A stretch of 64,000 nt of DNA, taken from assembly GCA_019912845.1 (NCBI GenBank), contig JAIOHU010000194.1, forward strand, positions 38,603 through 102,602, in the 5' to 3' direction. The translations under genes were made by a program, and so were the position numbers. Position 1 is the first letter of the stretch, and every line of letters begins with the position of its first letter. The notes under the pieces were generated by a model. It was not told the DNA's origin and did no database searches. It saw only the letters and a list, made by a program, of their open reading frames with translations. This document shows positions 29,191 through 39,958 of this stretch, one piece after another. This DNA is from a bacterium. GTDB taxonomy: Bacteria > Electryoneota > Electryoneia > Electryoneales > Electryoneaceae.

Positions 29191-30003
29191 ATGTCTCTCA
29201 ACAAGATCAGAATAAAGGTAACCCTGCTGTGTGCAATCCTGCTTGGTACTCTTATTTCAATTGGATGCAAAGAGGCAGAACCCAAATTCACCCTGCTGGT
29301 CAGCGGTAACGCGCATGGTCTGGTTGACCCATGTGATTGCGAGCTTGGTCATTTGGGAGGGCTGGCTAAACGTGCGACACTCTTCCAAAAACTTGACAAG
29401 GGAAATTCTGCAATTCGTATCGAAACCGGTGGGATCGTGGATGAACTCACTGATTCAACGCGGCTTCCCTCAATCAATGAAGCACTCGATTTACTAGAAT
29501 ATGATTTCATGCTGCCATCCCAGCAGGACAGCCTGCTTTTTCATTCATCCCTGCCTTCTTCACCACTTCCTTGGACTTGGATAAAAAATCCGAATCCTCA
29601 AATGACAAAAGTTAACAACACCACAGTTTCGATTTACGGATTCCGGGATGATTGGATCACTGAAGAATCCATATCCAGGCTGCAAAATAGTCCACCAACA
29701 TCTGATATAATAATTTGGCTTACCTATCTTGAAAAAATTGATCCAGGGGAACTTCTTGTTCAGTTGAAAAACATCACGCCTGACCTTATCCTTGAAGGAA
29801 ACATTGAGTACACCAATCCTGCACCTGACACAATTCAAGGAATACCAGTCCTGCGTTGCGGTGCGGAGGGGATGGATGTTCTTGAGGTTGATGTTTTCAG
29901 AGTTGGTGAAGGCTTCCAGTTTAAACCAACCTGGCACCAGGTGGATGATAAGGTAGAAGAAGCAGCAGATGTAAAACAGGTGCTTATGACGCAGAAGAAA
30001 TAA
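29191..30003 (+). CDS. Lipoprotein, UshA/5'-nucleotidase N-terminal-like fold with CxC motif
   Basis: Lipobox ISIG-C; SGNAHGLVDPCDC...LGGLAKRAT motif; canonical metal ligands are degenerate. Confidence 0.65.
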   Translation: MSLNKIRIKVTLLCAILLGTLISIGCKEAEPKFTLLVSGNAHGLVDPCDCELGHLGGLAKRATLFQKLDKGNSAIRIETGGIVDELTDSTRLPSINEALDLLEYDFMLPSQQDSLLFHSSLPSSPLPWTWIKNPNPQMTKVNNTTVSIYGFRDDWITEESISRLQNSPPTSDIIIWLTYLEKIDPGELLVQLKNITPDLILEGNIEYTNPAPDTIQGIPVLRCGAEGMDVLEVDVFRVGEGFQFKPTWHQVDDKVEEAADVKQVLMTQKK

Positions 30004-30060
30004 AATTTTGCACGGAAGTCGTATTTATTTTGTCTAACATATTATAACATCAATTTCTTA

Positions 30061-30094
30061 CTGGATCCCGGCCCAACACATCACCGGGATGACG
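30061..30094 (-). repeat. CGTC-tagged palindrome, family B
   Basis: CTGGATCCCGGCCCAACACATCACCGGGATGACG, one mismatch from the copies at 19387 and 48875. Confidence 0.88.
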
Positions 30095-30145
30095 CGAAGA
30101 AACGATACTATCGAGAACCTTACAACTTGAAGAGCAAGGATCATC

Positions 30146-31177
30146 TTGAAACCAGTAAATATTATCATAGCCATTGCAATCGGAATAATCCTCGGGATCG
30201 CTGGATTTGCGTTTATTTACCTGAATGGCGAAAGTGCCCACCCCGATCGCGAAGGAGATGTCCTGATCACGATCCCCCAGGGTGCTTCAGCGTATTCAGT
30301 GGGCTATACCATGCGTGACAGTACCCTCATAAACGATGTCCGGCGTTTTATCTGGCACTTGAAATTCCGTGGTATGACCAGTGATCTGCAGGCTGGAACA
30401 TTCAGACTTCCACGTTCCGCATCCATGAAGGAAATGGCGAATATCCTGGCGTACGGTGAGGAAGCGCGAGTCCTGGTGACCATCCCTGAAGGGTGGAGCT
30501 CCATGTTGATCGCTGGAGAACTTCAGAGGCAGGGAGTATGTGACAGTGTTGAGTTTATGGCTGCGGTACTTGATACAAACACGATTGCGAAAGCAGGGTT
30601 TGGCAAGCACGGGGCAGAGGGGTTTCTTTTCCCGGAAAGTTATTCTCTGCCATATACTCATCCCGCGGAAAAAGTTGTCGCCCAGATGCTGGAAACATTT
30701 ACAGCTAAAACTGGCACTGAATGGCTAAGCGAGGCAAAAATAGATAGACTGGGGCTGCATGGTATCGTTACTCTCGCGAGTATCATTCAGGGTGAGATGC
30801 AGTTGAATGAGGAGGGTGGTGATATTTCTGCGGTGTACCGAAATCGTCTGAAACAAAACATGAAGCTGCAGGCAGACCCGACCATTCAATACATTGTAAA
30901 AGGTGCTCCGAGACGTTTATTGTTATCAGACCTGAAAATTGATTCGCCTTACAATACTTACAAGTATAAGGGTTTGCCACCGGGACCGATCAACAACCCT
31001 GGACTGGTTGCACTGAAAGCAGCGATCAATCCTGCCGAGAAAAACTGGATATTTATGGTGGCACGTGGCGATGGTGGGCATACCTTCACCACCAACTGGC
31101 AGGATCATCTCAAAGCAAAAGAGCGGCTCGATGCCATTAGACGGCAGGTCGCTCGTAATGAACAAAATCAAGGCTGA
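30146..31177 (+). CDS. mltG: Endolytic peptidoglycan transglycosylase MltG
   Basis: N-terminal TM, VTIPEG, EGFLFPESY, LASIIQGE, NRL...MKLQADPT, SPYNTY...GLPPGPINNPG. Confidence 0.95.
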   Translation: MKPVNIIIAIAIGIILGIAGFAFIYLNGESAHPDREGDVLITIPQGASAYSVGYTMRDSTLINDVRRFIWHLKFRGMTSDLQAGTFRLPRSASMKEMANILAYGEEARVLVTIPEGWSSMLIAGELQRQGVCDSVEFMAAVLDTNTIAKAGFGKHGAEGFLFPESYSLPYTHPAEKVVAQMLETFTAKTGTEWLSEAKIDRLGLHGIVTLASIIQGEMQLNEEGGDISAVYRNRLKQNMKLQADPTIQYIVKGAPRRLLLSDLKIDSPYNTYKYKGLPPGPINNPGLVALKAAINPAEKNWIFMVARGDGGHTFTTNWQDHLKAKERLDAIRRQVARNEQNQG

Positions 31178-31180
31178 AAA

Positions 31181-33430
31181 TTGTCATCATATCATATAGA
31201 CCCATTGAAGGGATTGAACGGTCAGCAACTGCAAGCAGTTGAAGCGACTGAAGGAGCGGTTCTGGTGCTTGCTGGTGCGGGAAGTGGTAAAACGCGTGTC
31301 CTTGCACACCGCATCGCCCATATTATTCAAAAGGGAGATGCGAAACCCTGGCAAATCCTGGCAGTAACCTTTACCAATAAAGCTGCGAATGAATTACGTG
31401 AACGTGTTGCTGCTATCGCGCCAGACGGAAATCAAGTTGCTGCCGGCACCTTTCACTCGATGATGCTGAGACTGCTTCGACGTGAGCATAAAGCTGCCGG
31501 TTTCCCACAGGATTTTACAGTTTTTGATAGCGATGACTCAAAGCGGCTGGTAAAAATCATCCTGAACGAGATGAATGAAGATCGCTTCCGTCCCAATTAT
31601 GTCCACTCCGCGATCAGTCGCTTGAAGAATGATTTTATACCGCCAGATCAATGTGCTGAAGAAGCTCAGACTCCTCGTGACACAATGATCGCAAATGTGT
31701 ATAAGGAGTACCAGGAAAAAATCGCTCGTTTTGCTGCGATGGATTTTGATGATTTACTCAGCCGTCCCATCGAAGTATTCCGTAATCATCCTATGGTGCT
31801 GAATTTCTGGTCAAATCGATGGCGTTATATCCTCGTGGATGAATTTCAGGATACCAACCGTGTGCAATTTGAACTGGTACAAACTATCGCAGGTCCTCGA
31901 GGAAACCTGTTTGTGGTTGGTGATGATGATCAATCCATCTACAGTTGGCGTGGGGCACGTGTCGAAAACATCTTCCAGTTCAAGGAAAAATTTGATGGCG
32001 CACAGATTTTCCGGCTTGAACGGAATTATCGCAGCACCCAACCGATACTTGATCTCGCACATTCAGTTGTTTCCAACAGCATACAACGTGAAGCTAAAAA
32101 GCTCTGGACTGAACGTACCGATGGCAAAAAACCAACTGCGATTGGTCTGACCACGGATATCGACGAAGTGCGAGAAGTTGTAGACCGTATCGCACGTGAA
32201 GTAATGAGTGGCAAACGCTCTTATAAGGATTTTGCGATTCTCTATCGTACAAATGACCAGTCCCAGCTCTTTGAAGATGCGCTTCGGGCGAGACGTTTCC
32301 CCTACCAGGTAATTGGTGCACTGAAATTTCTCGACAGAAAAGAAATACGAGATATCCTGGGATACTGGAAACTGATTCTGAATCCACGTGACGATGTCGC
32401 ATTGAGACGTATTGTAAAAGAACCGCCCCGTGGAATCGGCGATACCACGATTGACAAGCTGGTAAAATGGGCGCGTGAAAATGACTCTTCGCTAACCGAG
32501 GCGTTGTCAAAGGCGCATCAGGTTCCAGGGTTGAACAGTAGAGCGGTGAATACGTGCAGGAAGTTTGGTGCTGAACTGGAAAAATGGCGTGAAGGATTGA
32601 AGGAAAAGGATCTCGGCGTCTGGGCGCAACAGATGATCGAAGAAACAGGCTATCTGGAACGTCTCGAAAAAGAGGGGAGCTTTGAAGCAGAGGGGAGAAT
32701 TGGTAACCTCGAACGTCTGGTGTCAAGTATTACTGCACACGCGGAAGAGAATGATACCGGATTACGTGGATATCTGGAAGAAGTGACGCTTGCGACAGAT
32801 GTAGATCGAATGGATGATAGCGCGGACAGTGTTTTTCTGATGACCCTGCACGCTTCCAAAGGGCTTGAATTCCCAATTGTTTTTGTGACCGGTCTTGAAG
32901 CTGGTTTATTCCCGCTGGAAAATCAGGAACAACAGGTGGAGAACATGGATGAGGAACGTCGATTGTTCTACGTTGGTGTAACTCGAGCCGAGGATGAGCT
33001 ATTCCTGACCTATGCCAAGCAGCGTAGACGTTGGGGGCAGACTCGTTACACCACAGTGAGTAATTTCTTGCGTGAAATCCCAAAGGAAAGCGTAAATTGG
33101 GAAGGACTGCACCCCTACAGTGAAAACCAGGTTCGTACCATGTCCCTCGATATGTTTCAGTCTGGCGGCGGCTGGGATTCGTCCACACGAAATACGAGCG
33201 CAAGTAACAGCGCATCAATACGTGCTACTGGCAGGGCGAGGGTTAATCCGGATGATATTCCAGCGATTCATGTTGGAGATCTGGTTGAGCATGAACGTTA
33301 TGGACAGGGTATTGTAGCGACACTGACACGTTTCCGTGAGACACACAAGGTGACAGTGCAATTTGATCACGGCTTCCAGACCTTTGTACAGGATAAGGCG
33401 AGATTACAGCCTGTGAAGAAATTCAAGTGA
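31181..33430 (+). CDS. pcrA: ATP-dependent DNA helicase PcrA/UvrD
   Basis: AGAGSGKT, TFTNKAA, VDEFQDTN, VGDDDQSIY, NYRST, TLHASKGLEF, EERRLFYVGVTRA, C-terminal Tudor-like domain. Confidence 0.95.
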   Translation: MSSYHIDPLKGLNGQQLQAVEATEGAVLVLAGAGSGKTRVLAHRIAHIIQKGDAKPWQILAVTFTNKAANELRERVAAIAPDGNQVAAGTFHSMMLRLLRREHKAAGFPQDFTVFDSDDSKRLVKIILNEMNEDRFRPNYVHSAISRLKNDFIPPDQCAEEAQTPRDTMIANVYKEYQEKIARFAAMDFDDLLSRPIEVFRNHPMVLNFWSNRWRYILVDEFQDTNRVQFELVQTIAGPRGNLFVVGDDDQSIYSWRGARVENIFQFKEKFDGAQIFRLERNYRSTQPILDLAHSVVSNSIQREAKKLWTERTDGKKPTAIGLTTDIDEVREVVDRIAREVMSGKRSYKDFAILYRTNDQSQLFEDALRARRFPYQVIGALKFLDRKEIRDILGYWKLILNPRDDVALRRIVKEPPRGIGDTTIDKLVKWARENDSSLTEALSKAHQVPGLNSRAVNTCRKFGAELEKWREGLKEKDLGVWAQQMIEETGYLERLEKEGSFEAEGRIGNLERLVSSITAHAEENDTGLRGYLEEVTLATDVDRMDDSADSVFLMTLHASKGLEFPIVFVTGLEAGLFPLENQEQQVENMDEERRLFYVGVTRAEDELFLTYAKQRRRWGQTRYTTVSNFLREIPKESVNWEGLHPYSENQVRTMSLDMFQSGGGWDSSTRNTSASNSASIRATGRARVNPDDIPAIHVGDLVEHERYGQGIVATLTRFRETHKVTVQFDHGFQTFVQDKARLQPVKKFK

Positions 33431-33481
33431 TATAGGATAATATCGAACCACTCAGTGGTTCACTTCTGGCGGAATTCAATA

Positions 33482-36400
33482 ATGAGAGCATTTTTAGTCT
33501 GTATTGCCATTCTAATCAGTTTGTTTTATATCTCTGCTCCATTCGCCCAGGCACCCTCTGCACTTCAAGCTGAAGAAGACTTTGTCTACGCCAAAAAACT
33601 GTTCGATGACAGCCATTACGACCTCTCTGCGGCAGCATTTGCGTTATATTTTTCAACCTATCCTGATGACGCCCACACAATCGACGCCCTCTACTACACC
33701 GCTGAATCATACTTCAAAATGAAAGACTATGAAGCGGCTCGAATTCACTACCAACGTCTTCTCCTCGAGTATCCAAATTCTTCACGAGCCCTGCCAGCAC
33801 TGAAATCCATTGCCTCTTGTTATGAAAAACTGGACAACAGGGAGATGTATGTACGTACCCTCATGCGTATCCCTCTTTTCTTCCCAACGTCCCCCGAAAT
33901 TCCTCAAATTCTGCTTCAAGTGGCGGATTTTTATATTGCAGAAGGCGAGTGGAACGAGGCTGAAATTCCCTTGCAACAGATAATCAACCAGTACAAAGAT
34001 TCACCGCAGTATCTTCCTGCCAAACTGGGTTGGGCGAAGTTGCTCTTTAATCGTCATCAGTTCGAGCAAGCCCTCGCTGAAGCAAAAAAAATTGCACAAA
34101 AAGAAGACTCACCGGAAATTTCAGCAGAAGCATACTACCTGGAATCGCAGTGCCTGCAGTCGCAGGGACGAACTATTGAAGCGATTGCACCAATGGAAAT
34201 TATCATTGAAAACTACAAACAGGTATCTATACGACCAAAAGCACTTTCCGCCTTGGGGAAATTTTATCTTGAAACTCACCAGTTGGAGCGTGCCTTTGAG
34301 GTACTTTCTGAAGCCACCGCCACAGAATCCAACCCGGAAATTGCGGATATCGCACGAATTCACCTGGTAGACGTTCTGTTTCTGCTCGGTGAATACACTG
34401 CCTTATTCGAAGAACTGAATCAGGTAACAGAACAATCCAGTCCTGAAGTTCTATTTCGTAAGGGATTGATTCTCGAAAAAATGCAAAGGATAGAGGAAGC
34501 TGGTGCTGTTTATCTGCAATGTTCGGAAGTAGATGATTCGGAGTTCTCCGCTTCCGCAATTTGGCAAGCGGCGGAAATTCTCAAAACTTTAGAGCTGGCA
34601 AAACGCTCCAGTGACCAATTCCTGAAGGCTGAGTCTCTATTCGAGAACGAGCAGGAAAAAGCGGAGGTGCGTTATCAAGCTGCACTTGTTCGATTCCAGG
34701 AGGATGATTCGAGTTGTGTAGCACTTCTGACCGATTTTTCTGAGACTTATCTGATTTCACCCCGCATTGATGACATGTATTACCTGCGAGCAGAGGCGGA
34801 GGTCAGACTTGGAAGGTTACCCAGTGCGTTGCTTGATTTTGAAAGGGTTGTTGAGGATTATCCATTCAGCCCGTATGCTGTGAAAGCCAGTTTACGGCTT
34901 ACTCTTCTCAAAAATCATCAGCTTCAAGCGAGCGACCCCACAAACATCATCGCCGACCTGTTAACTGAATATGCACTTGGCAATACCGGACCCGAACTGG
35001 CACTTGAGCTTGGCAAGGTCTACTTCCACGATTATCACGATTATGATCGAGCCGTTCAGCTTTTCCAGAAGGTGTACGATGATCCCGTCGCCAATGCCGA
35101 CGACCGCCTGAAAGCACAATACCTGCTGGTTGATGCCTGGTGGGAACGATTTGAACGTGAGCAACTCTGGCAGCAACTTGGTATGCCGACGGATATTGTA
35201 AAGGTGGCAAATGAAACAGTTGAAAATCTGACGGCACTTCGTAACCAAATCAACACAAAGGATGCGATAGATAAAATTGACTTACGTGTCATACAGGCGG
35301 TTGAGACCAAGCTGGAAGGCGAACCGAAAGTACGTTACGCCCGTACCGCCTGGCATGATTTTCTCCTCAAACACGAAACACACCCGGATAACGCCTACGC
35401 TATGAACCGTCTCGCCTGTGCGTATTCACAGAAACTTCCTGAAGATGAAAAAGTAGGACCGGATCAGGCGATTCGATACTGGGAAGAGGTGATAGCAACC
35501 TACCCGGGCAGTAACGAATCCGAAAACGCACAACTCGCGTTGGCAGATTATTACCTCACTAAGGGTGAGCTCAAAAAAGCACAAAATCATTACGAAAGCC
35601 TTGCGCAGGAGGGCACAGGTGAAGAAAGGGTGCAGGCGATCAGACGGTTGCTGGATATGCCGGATTTGCCGTCAAATAGAAAAATTACACTGATACGAAC
35701 CTTACTTCGAGATGCGTGGTATCATCCAGACACAGCATCGCTTCATTTTACCCTGGCGGAGTTGTTGATTGAGGAGAAACAATATCAAGCGGCTTTAATT
35801 GAGTTGAGTGAACATCGAAGAGGGTCATCTCCGGGTAATCCCGGTCTGACAATCCTTCAACCAAGAGATGCAGAACAACTGATCGCCTATGCCAGAGCGT
35901 ATGGTGGGAACGATAACCCCAAAATGGCAATGACCTTCTATCGTGCTTACCTGGAGCAGTTCCCAGAAGGATATGACGCCGTCGAATGCCATCGCAGGTT
36001 GGCAGCATACCTGAAAAAACAGGAAAATGACGACGCAGCGATGCACCATCTCGAAGCCCTCGAAGCCTTGGATGTTGATGACTCCATTCGTCTGGAAGCT
36101 CAGGCGGAAAGATGCCGTTTGTATTTCAGGCAGGAAGAATATCCCCAGGCACGTCAACTGGCAAAACAGCTCGCAATAGATTTCACCAACTCTGACAGTG
36201 CTTTTTATTACAGTCAGCTTGCGACAGTCTGTCTCTATCGCTTGAGCATGCCCGACGATGCACGTCAGGAAGCACAACAACTACGCAAGGATTACAAAGA
36301 CCGTGATGATATCGATAATGCCACAGCCCGTTTCTACCTCGAACGGGGACGGTATCATTCACGTTACAAAGAATACGAATCTGCACAGAAAGCATTTGAG

Positions 36401-37168
36401 ACAGTCATCGAATCCTTCGAGGATAGTCCCTGGGTTATCGAGGCGAAGTATGAACTGGCACGTGACTATCTGATCCGTAACATGTACGAAGAGGGGTTAG
36501 CGATCCTGACCACCCTTCCCGATCAATATCCGAATCATCCGATACTCGGTTTGGTATATGTCATTCTGGCTGGGTATTACATCGAAAGCGGGAATTTTTC
36601 TGATGGGGTCTCAACATACGAACGTGTGCTTCGGGATGAACAATATGAAAACCTCTGGCGAACAGTTTATCCATTGCAGATCAAAGCATACCGTCAAGCA
36701 AGTTTTTACGCTGGCGCACTTAAAACCACTAAAGAATACCTGGAGAAATTCCCGGACGCACCAGATGCGTTCCACCGTAAAATGGATATGGGGCAATTTT
36801 ATCTTGCGCTCGAGGAATATGACCTTGCCCGTTCACAATATGAAGCACTGAAGCCCTACGCTGACATTGAAAATGAAGCTGCCTGCCAGTTTTATATCGC
36901 TGAAACACTGGAAAAACAGGGACGGTTAAAAGAAGCAATCATCGAGTACATGAAGGTTGATTATATCGGTAAACCTACCAAACTGAACTGGGTAATCACC
37001 GCCTGGTATAACGCCGGTCGTTGCTATGAAAAACTCGATAAAGCTGAAAAAGCAGAAGAGATGTATCGCCGTATCGTTGTTCAAGAGGGTTTGGGTAGTG
37101 TCTTCGGACGGAAAGCTCAGGAGCAGATTGATAGATTGAAAGCGATGCAGGCGGGGAATTCCAATTAG
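33482..37168 (+). CDS. Large periplasmic tetratricopeptide-repeat protein
   Basis: Signal peptide PFA/QAP, many YPxS-type TPR pairs (BamD/YbgF-like). ATG 33482 is preferred over GTG 33455. Confidence 0.85.
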   Translation: MRAFLVCIAILISLFYISAPFAQAPSALQAEEDFVYAKKLFDDSHYDLSAAAFALYFSTYPDDAHTIDALYYTAESYFKMKDYEAARIHYQRLLLEYPNSSRALPALKSIASCYEKLDNREMYVRTLMRIPLFFPTSPEIPQILLQVADFYIAEGEWNEAEIPLQQIINQYKDSPQYLPAKLGWAKLLFNRHQFEQALAEAKKIAQKEDSPEISAEAYYLESQCLQSQGRTIEAIAPMEIIIENYKQVSIRPKALSALGKFYLETHQLERAFEVLSEATATESNPEIADIARIHLVDVLFLLGEYTALFEELNQVTEQSSPEVLFRKGLILEKMQRIEEAGAVYLQCSEVDDSEFSASAIWQAAEILKTLELAKRSSDQFLKAESLFENEQEKAEVRYQAALVRFQEDDSSCVALLTDFSETYLISPRIDDMYYLRAEAEVRLGRLPSALLDFERVVEDYPFSPYAVKASLRLTLLKNHQLQASDPTNIIADLLTEYALGNTGPELALELGKVYFHDYHDYDRAVQLFQKVYDDPVANADDRLKAQYLLVDAWWERFEREQLWQQLGMPTDIVKVANETVENLTALRNQINTKDAIDKIDLRVIQAVETKLEGEPKVRYARTAWHDFLLKHETHPDNAYAMNRLACAYSQKLPEDEKVGPDQAIRYWEEVIATYPGSNESENAQLALADYYLTKGELKKAQNHYESLAQEGTGEERVQAIRRLLDMPDLPSNRKITLIRTLLRDAWYHPDTASLHFTLAELLIEEKQYQAALIELSEHRRGSSPGNPGLTILQPRDAEQLIAYARAYGGNDNPKMAMTFYRAYLEQFPEGYDAVECHRRLAAYLKKQENDDAAMHHLEALEALDVDDSIRLEAQAERCRLYFRQEEYPQARQLAKQLAIDFTNSDSAFYYSQLATVCLYRLSMPDDARQEAQQLRKDYKDRDDIDNATARFYLERGRYHSRYKEYESAQKAFETVIESFEDSPWVIEAKYELARDYLIRNMYEEGLAILTTLPDQYPNHPILGLVYVILAGYYIESGNFSDGVSTYERVLRDEQYENLWRTVYPLQIKAYRQASFYAGALKTTKEYLEKFPDAPDAFHRKMDMGQFYLALEEYDLARSQYEALKPYADIENEAACQFYIAETLEKQGRLKEAIIEYMKVDYIGKPTKLNWVITAWYNAGRCYEKLDKAEKAEEMYRRIVVQEGLGSVFGRKAQEQIDRLKAMQAGNSN

Positions 37169-37232
37169 GAATTAATTTGATACGTGGGAAGTTAGGAGTT
37201 AGTGTGTCGTCCAGAAATAGGTTGACAGTATT

Positions 37233-37256
37233 CCGCAACATCCGTAGATGTTGCGG
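37233..37256. repeat. Palindrome, family G
   Basis: CCGCAACATC-CGTA-GATGTTGCGG is a perfect 10-bp stem. Related copies at 14998 and 15322. Confidence 0.8.
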
Positions 37257-37300
37257 TTGGGTAGCAACTGGATATTCTGAATAGATTATAAGACGGTAAA

Positions 37301-38827
37301 ATGAAAAGAATTTTCTGGCATAGTCGCTGGTTCATGCTGGTAAACCTGGTGCTTCTGCTCATGAACTCCACCATTTTTTCACAAATCCATATTTCTGGCG
37401 AGATCAGCGGCGTTCTCGAAGATACACTCTATATCATAGATGACGACATCACTTTGCGTGGATTTGATACTTTGACAATATCAGGCGGTGCAGAGTTGGA
37501 GTTCATGCCGGACACTTACTTTGCGATTTATGGACGTTTGATCACGGATGGTGCGGAAGGTGATACGATTCGGTTTAGGTCTCATCTGGCAGATTCTACC
37601 TGGCGAGGCATTAACTTCAGGACAGGTGGTAGAGGTGATTTTAACTACTGTCTGATCAGGGATGCCCATATTGGAATACAGGGATGGATGGGTGGAGAAA
37701 TCCGAAACTGTGTGTTTATTTATAATGATGGCGCCATGGGAAGCGCTGCCGACAGGATTTATGATAGTATAGTTCGACACAATAGGCAGGGAATTAATGC
37801 AAATGGAACTGAAGAATTTCCTGATTCTGTTATAAATTGTGATGCTTCCTACAATAGAGACTATGGCATTAATGCTAGCGGGGCAATAATTAAGAACTGT
37901 ATCATATCTTATAATGGATCCGATCCAGAAGTGGATGGCGTTGGGATATCAGCGTCTAGCCATACGGTAGTTGATTCCTGTATGATCTTCCAAAACAGGT
38001 GTTCTCGAGGTGGTGTTTATCTTTCAAATGGATCTACAATTAAAAATTCAATGATATTTGCTAACCAGGGTGAAATTGGTGGAGGAATTACCACTCATCT
38101 TAGCGGTTGTTTAGTTGATAAATGTACGATTATTGGAAACAACGTTATTTCACACCTTTCTATTGGATCCGGTGTGTGGATGGAAGGGTACAATGATGTT
38201 TTAACAAACAGTATTGTAGCATATAACACCGGATATCTTACTAATGGAGTAGATCATCATTATGTTAGAGAAGAAAATATTGTGACCTATAATCTGATTT
38301 ATGGTAATGACAACAGGCAATACCGCCAGATGGATACCACCGAATATTATTTATACCGCAACCTCAATGAGACCCCATGCGACTCATTGTTCAATATATA
38401 CCTCGACCCCAGACTGTTAGACATCGAAAATAATATATTTGAACTAACTGCAGATTCACCCTGTATTGATGCAGGTGATCCTGACCACCTTTATGATCCG
38501 GATAATACCATTACTGATATAGGCTATCATTATTATCCCCACGAAAGTATTGTTAAAAAATCGAATCTTGAGAATCAAATCGTGAGCATTTTTGATGTCT
38601 ATCCAAATCCATTCAATCAGAATCTGAAGGTGAACATTTTAACGGATGATCTTCTACCGGATGCTGAGCTGAAAATTTATGATCTGCTCGGAAGACAATT
38701 GATATCAGCTAAAATTAACAATCCCAGGCAAAGTTATAACTTCGAAGGTTTTTGCTCTGGCACTTATTTTATTAGAGTAACACAGGGGAACTACCAGGAG
38801 AGTAGAACTGTCTATCATATCAAATAA
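37301..38827 (+). CDS. Secreted right-handed parallel beta-helix protein with T9SS type-A CTD
   Basis: Signal peptide IFS/QI, repeated I.NC.I..N...GGG, SPCIDAGDP...DPDNTITDIG, YPNPFNQ...SGTYFIR. Confidence 0.85.
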   Translation: MKRIFWHSRWFMLVNLVLLLMNSTIFSQIHISGEISGVLEDTLYIIDDDITLRGFDTLTISGGAELEFMPDTYFAIYGRLITDGAEGDTIRFRSHLADSTWRGINFRTGGRGDFNYCLIRDAHIGIQGWMGGEIRNCVFIYNDGAMGSAADRIYDSIVRHNRQGINANGTEEFPDSVINCDASYNRDYGINASGAIIKNCIISYNGSDPEVDGVGISASSHTVVDSCMIFQNRCSRGGVYLSNGSTIKNSMIFANQGEIGGGITTHLSGCLVDKCTIIGNNVISHLSIGSGVWMEGYNDVLTNSIVAYNTGYLTNGVDHHYVREENIVTYNLIYGNDNRQYRQMDTTEYYLYRNLNETPCDSLFNIYLDPRLLDIENNIFELTADSPCIDAGDPDHLYDPDNTITDIGYHYYPHESIVKKSNLENQIVSIFDVYPNPFNQNLKVNILTDDLLPDAELKIYDLLGRQLISAKINNPRQSYNFEGFCSGTYFIRVTQGNYQESRTVYHIK

Positions 38828-38879
38828 TAGCTCTTCTCTACTTTATTTGGGTGGCTACCTAATTAATAGTGATACCATA

Positions 38880-38957
38880 GTCATTGAGAACGAAGTGAAA
38901 CAATCTATCTTGTTGCTAATTTCAGATTGCTTCGTCGCTTCGCTTCCTCGCAATGAC
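38880..38957. repeat. GTCATTGCGAG-type paired palindromic element (family C; Rickettsia palindromic element-like)
   Basis: GTCATTGAGAACGAAGTGAAACAATCT and the inverted AGATTGCTTCGTCGCTTCGCTTCCTCGCAATGAC. Confidence 0.75.
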
Positions 38958-39011
38958 TAGCAACCATAAATTCTGATAACAAACAATATATTTCATAATT
39001 GAAGAACTCGT

Positions 39012-39884
39012 ATGGGACTCTTAGAAGTAGTTGGAAGAAAATGGCTGGAGCGTCATGTTTATGAGGCACTTGCTGAAGACCTGGGTGAAGCTGGCGATAT
39101 AACTGCGCTTGCAAGTGTACCCACTGGTCAGAGTGGTTCTGCAAAAGTCATCACCAAACAGGAGGGGGTATTGGCAGGTGCAGACTGGGCAGTTGTCTGT
39201 GGTGAACTTACCAAACCGGCGGTGGAGTGGCATTTTCTAAAGGCTGATGGCGAACGTGTTCATAAAGGGGAGACCGTCGCTGAGGTAACTGGTTTGATGC
39301 ATGGCATCCTCATCTCGGAACGAACCGCTCTGAATGGATTACAACACTACTCGGGTATCGCCACCATGGCAGCGAGGGCAATGGAATTGGTCAAGGGTAC
39401 CAATGCGAAGGTGCTGGATACACGTAAGACCTTTCCGGGGCAACGTCTCGCAGAAAAATATGCAGTGCGTATGGGTGGGGCATTTAATCATCGTGCAGGT
39501 TTATATGATGAATTCCTGATCAAGGAAAATCATATTGCATCTGCTGGTGGGATTATGCAGGCACTGCAAGCAGCTAAAAAATGGCGGAACGAAAATGCGG
39601 CTGGAAGTCACATTCCCATTGAGATCGAAGTGACAAATCTTGCAGAACTCGAACTCGCACTAGACGAACAACCCGACTATATCCTGCTCGATAATTTTTC
39701 CAACGACGCACTGAAAAAAGCGGTTTCGATGAGACGAGGAGCCTGTCTTCTGGAGGCGAGTGGAGGAATTACGCTGCAGAACCTCCGTGAAGTCGCCGAA
39801 ACCGGAGTAGATCGAATTTCGCTCGGTGCTTTGACTCATTCAGTAATTCCACTGGATCTTTCGCTTCTGGTTGTAGAAGCATGA
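39012..39884 (+). CDS. nadC: Nicotinate-nucleotide pyrophosphorylase (quinolinate phosphoribosyltransferase)
   Basis: ALAEDLG..GDIT, ERTALN, LDTRKT, NHRAGLYD, IKENH, IEIEV, ILLDN, EASGGI, ISLGALTHS. Confidence 0.97.
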   Translation: MGLLEVVGRKWLERHVYEALAEDLGEAGDITALASVPTGQSGSAKVITKQEGVLAGADWAVVCGELTKPAVEWHFLKADGERVHKGETVAEVTGLMHGILISERTALNGLQHYSGIATMAARAMELVKGTNAKVLDTRKTFPGQRLAEKYAVRMGGAFNHRAGLYDEFLIKENHIASAGGIMQALQAAKKWRNENAAGSHIPIEIEVTNLAELELALDEQPDYILLDNFSNDALKKAVSMRRGACLLEASGGITLQNLREVAETGVDRISLGALTHSVIPLDLSLLVVEA

Positions 39885-39958
39885 GCCGTCCAGTATTGAC
39901 AATCGGAATCACCGGCTTTATCGGAGGGTATCTCTGGAAAAACCATTGGATTGATTAA
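39881..39958 (+). pseudogene. 5' remnant of an NAD(P)-dependent epimerase/reductase (extended SDR)
   Basis: ATGA-coupled to the nadC stop. MSRPVLTIGITGFIGGYLWKNHWID* carries the Rossmann GxxGxxG motif and stops after 25 aa. Confidence 0.65.

Noticed and set aside
30770..30800. Inactive MltG because of ASIIQGE instead of ASIVEKE
   Set aside because: The final Glu, which I understand to be the catalytic residue, is retained and all other motifs are intact.
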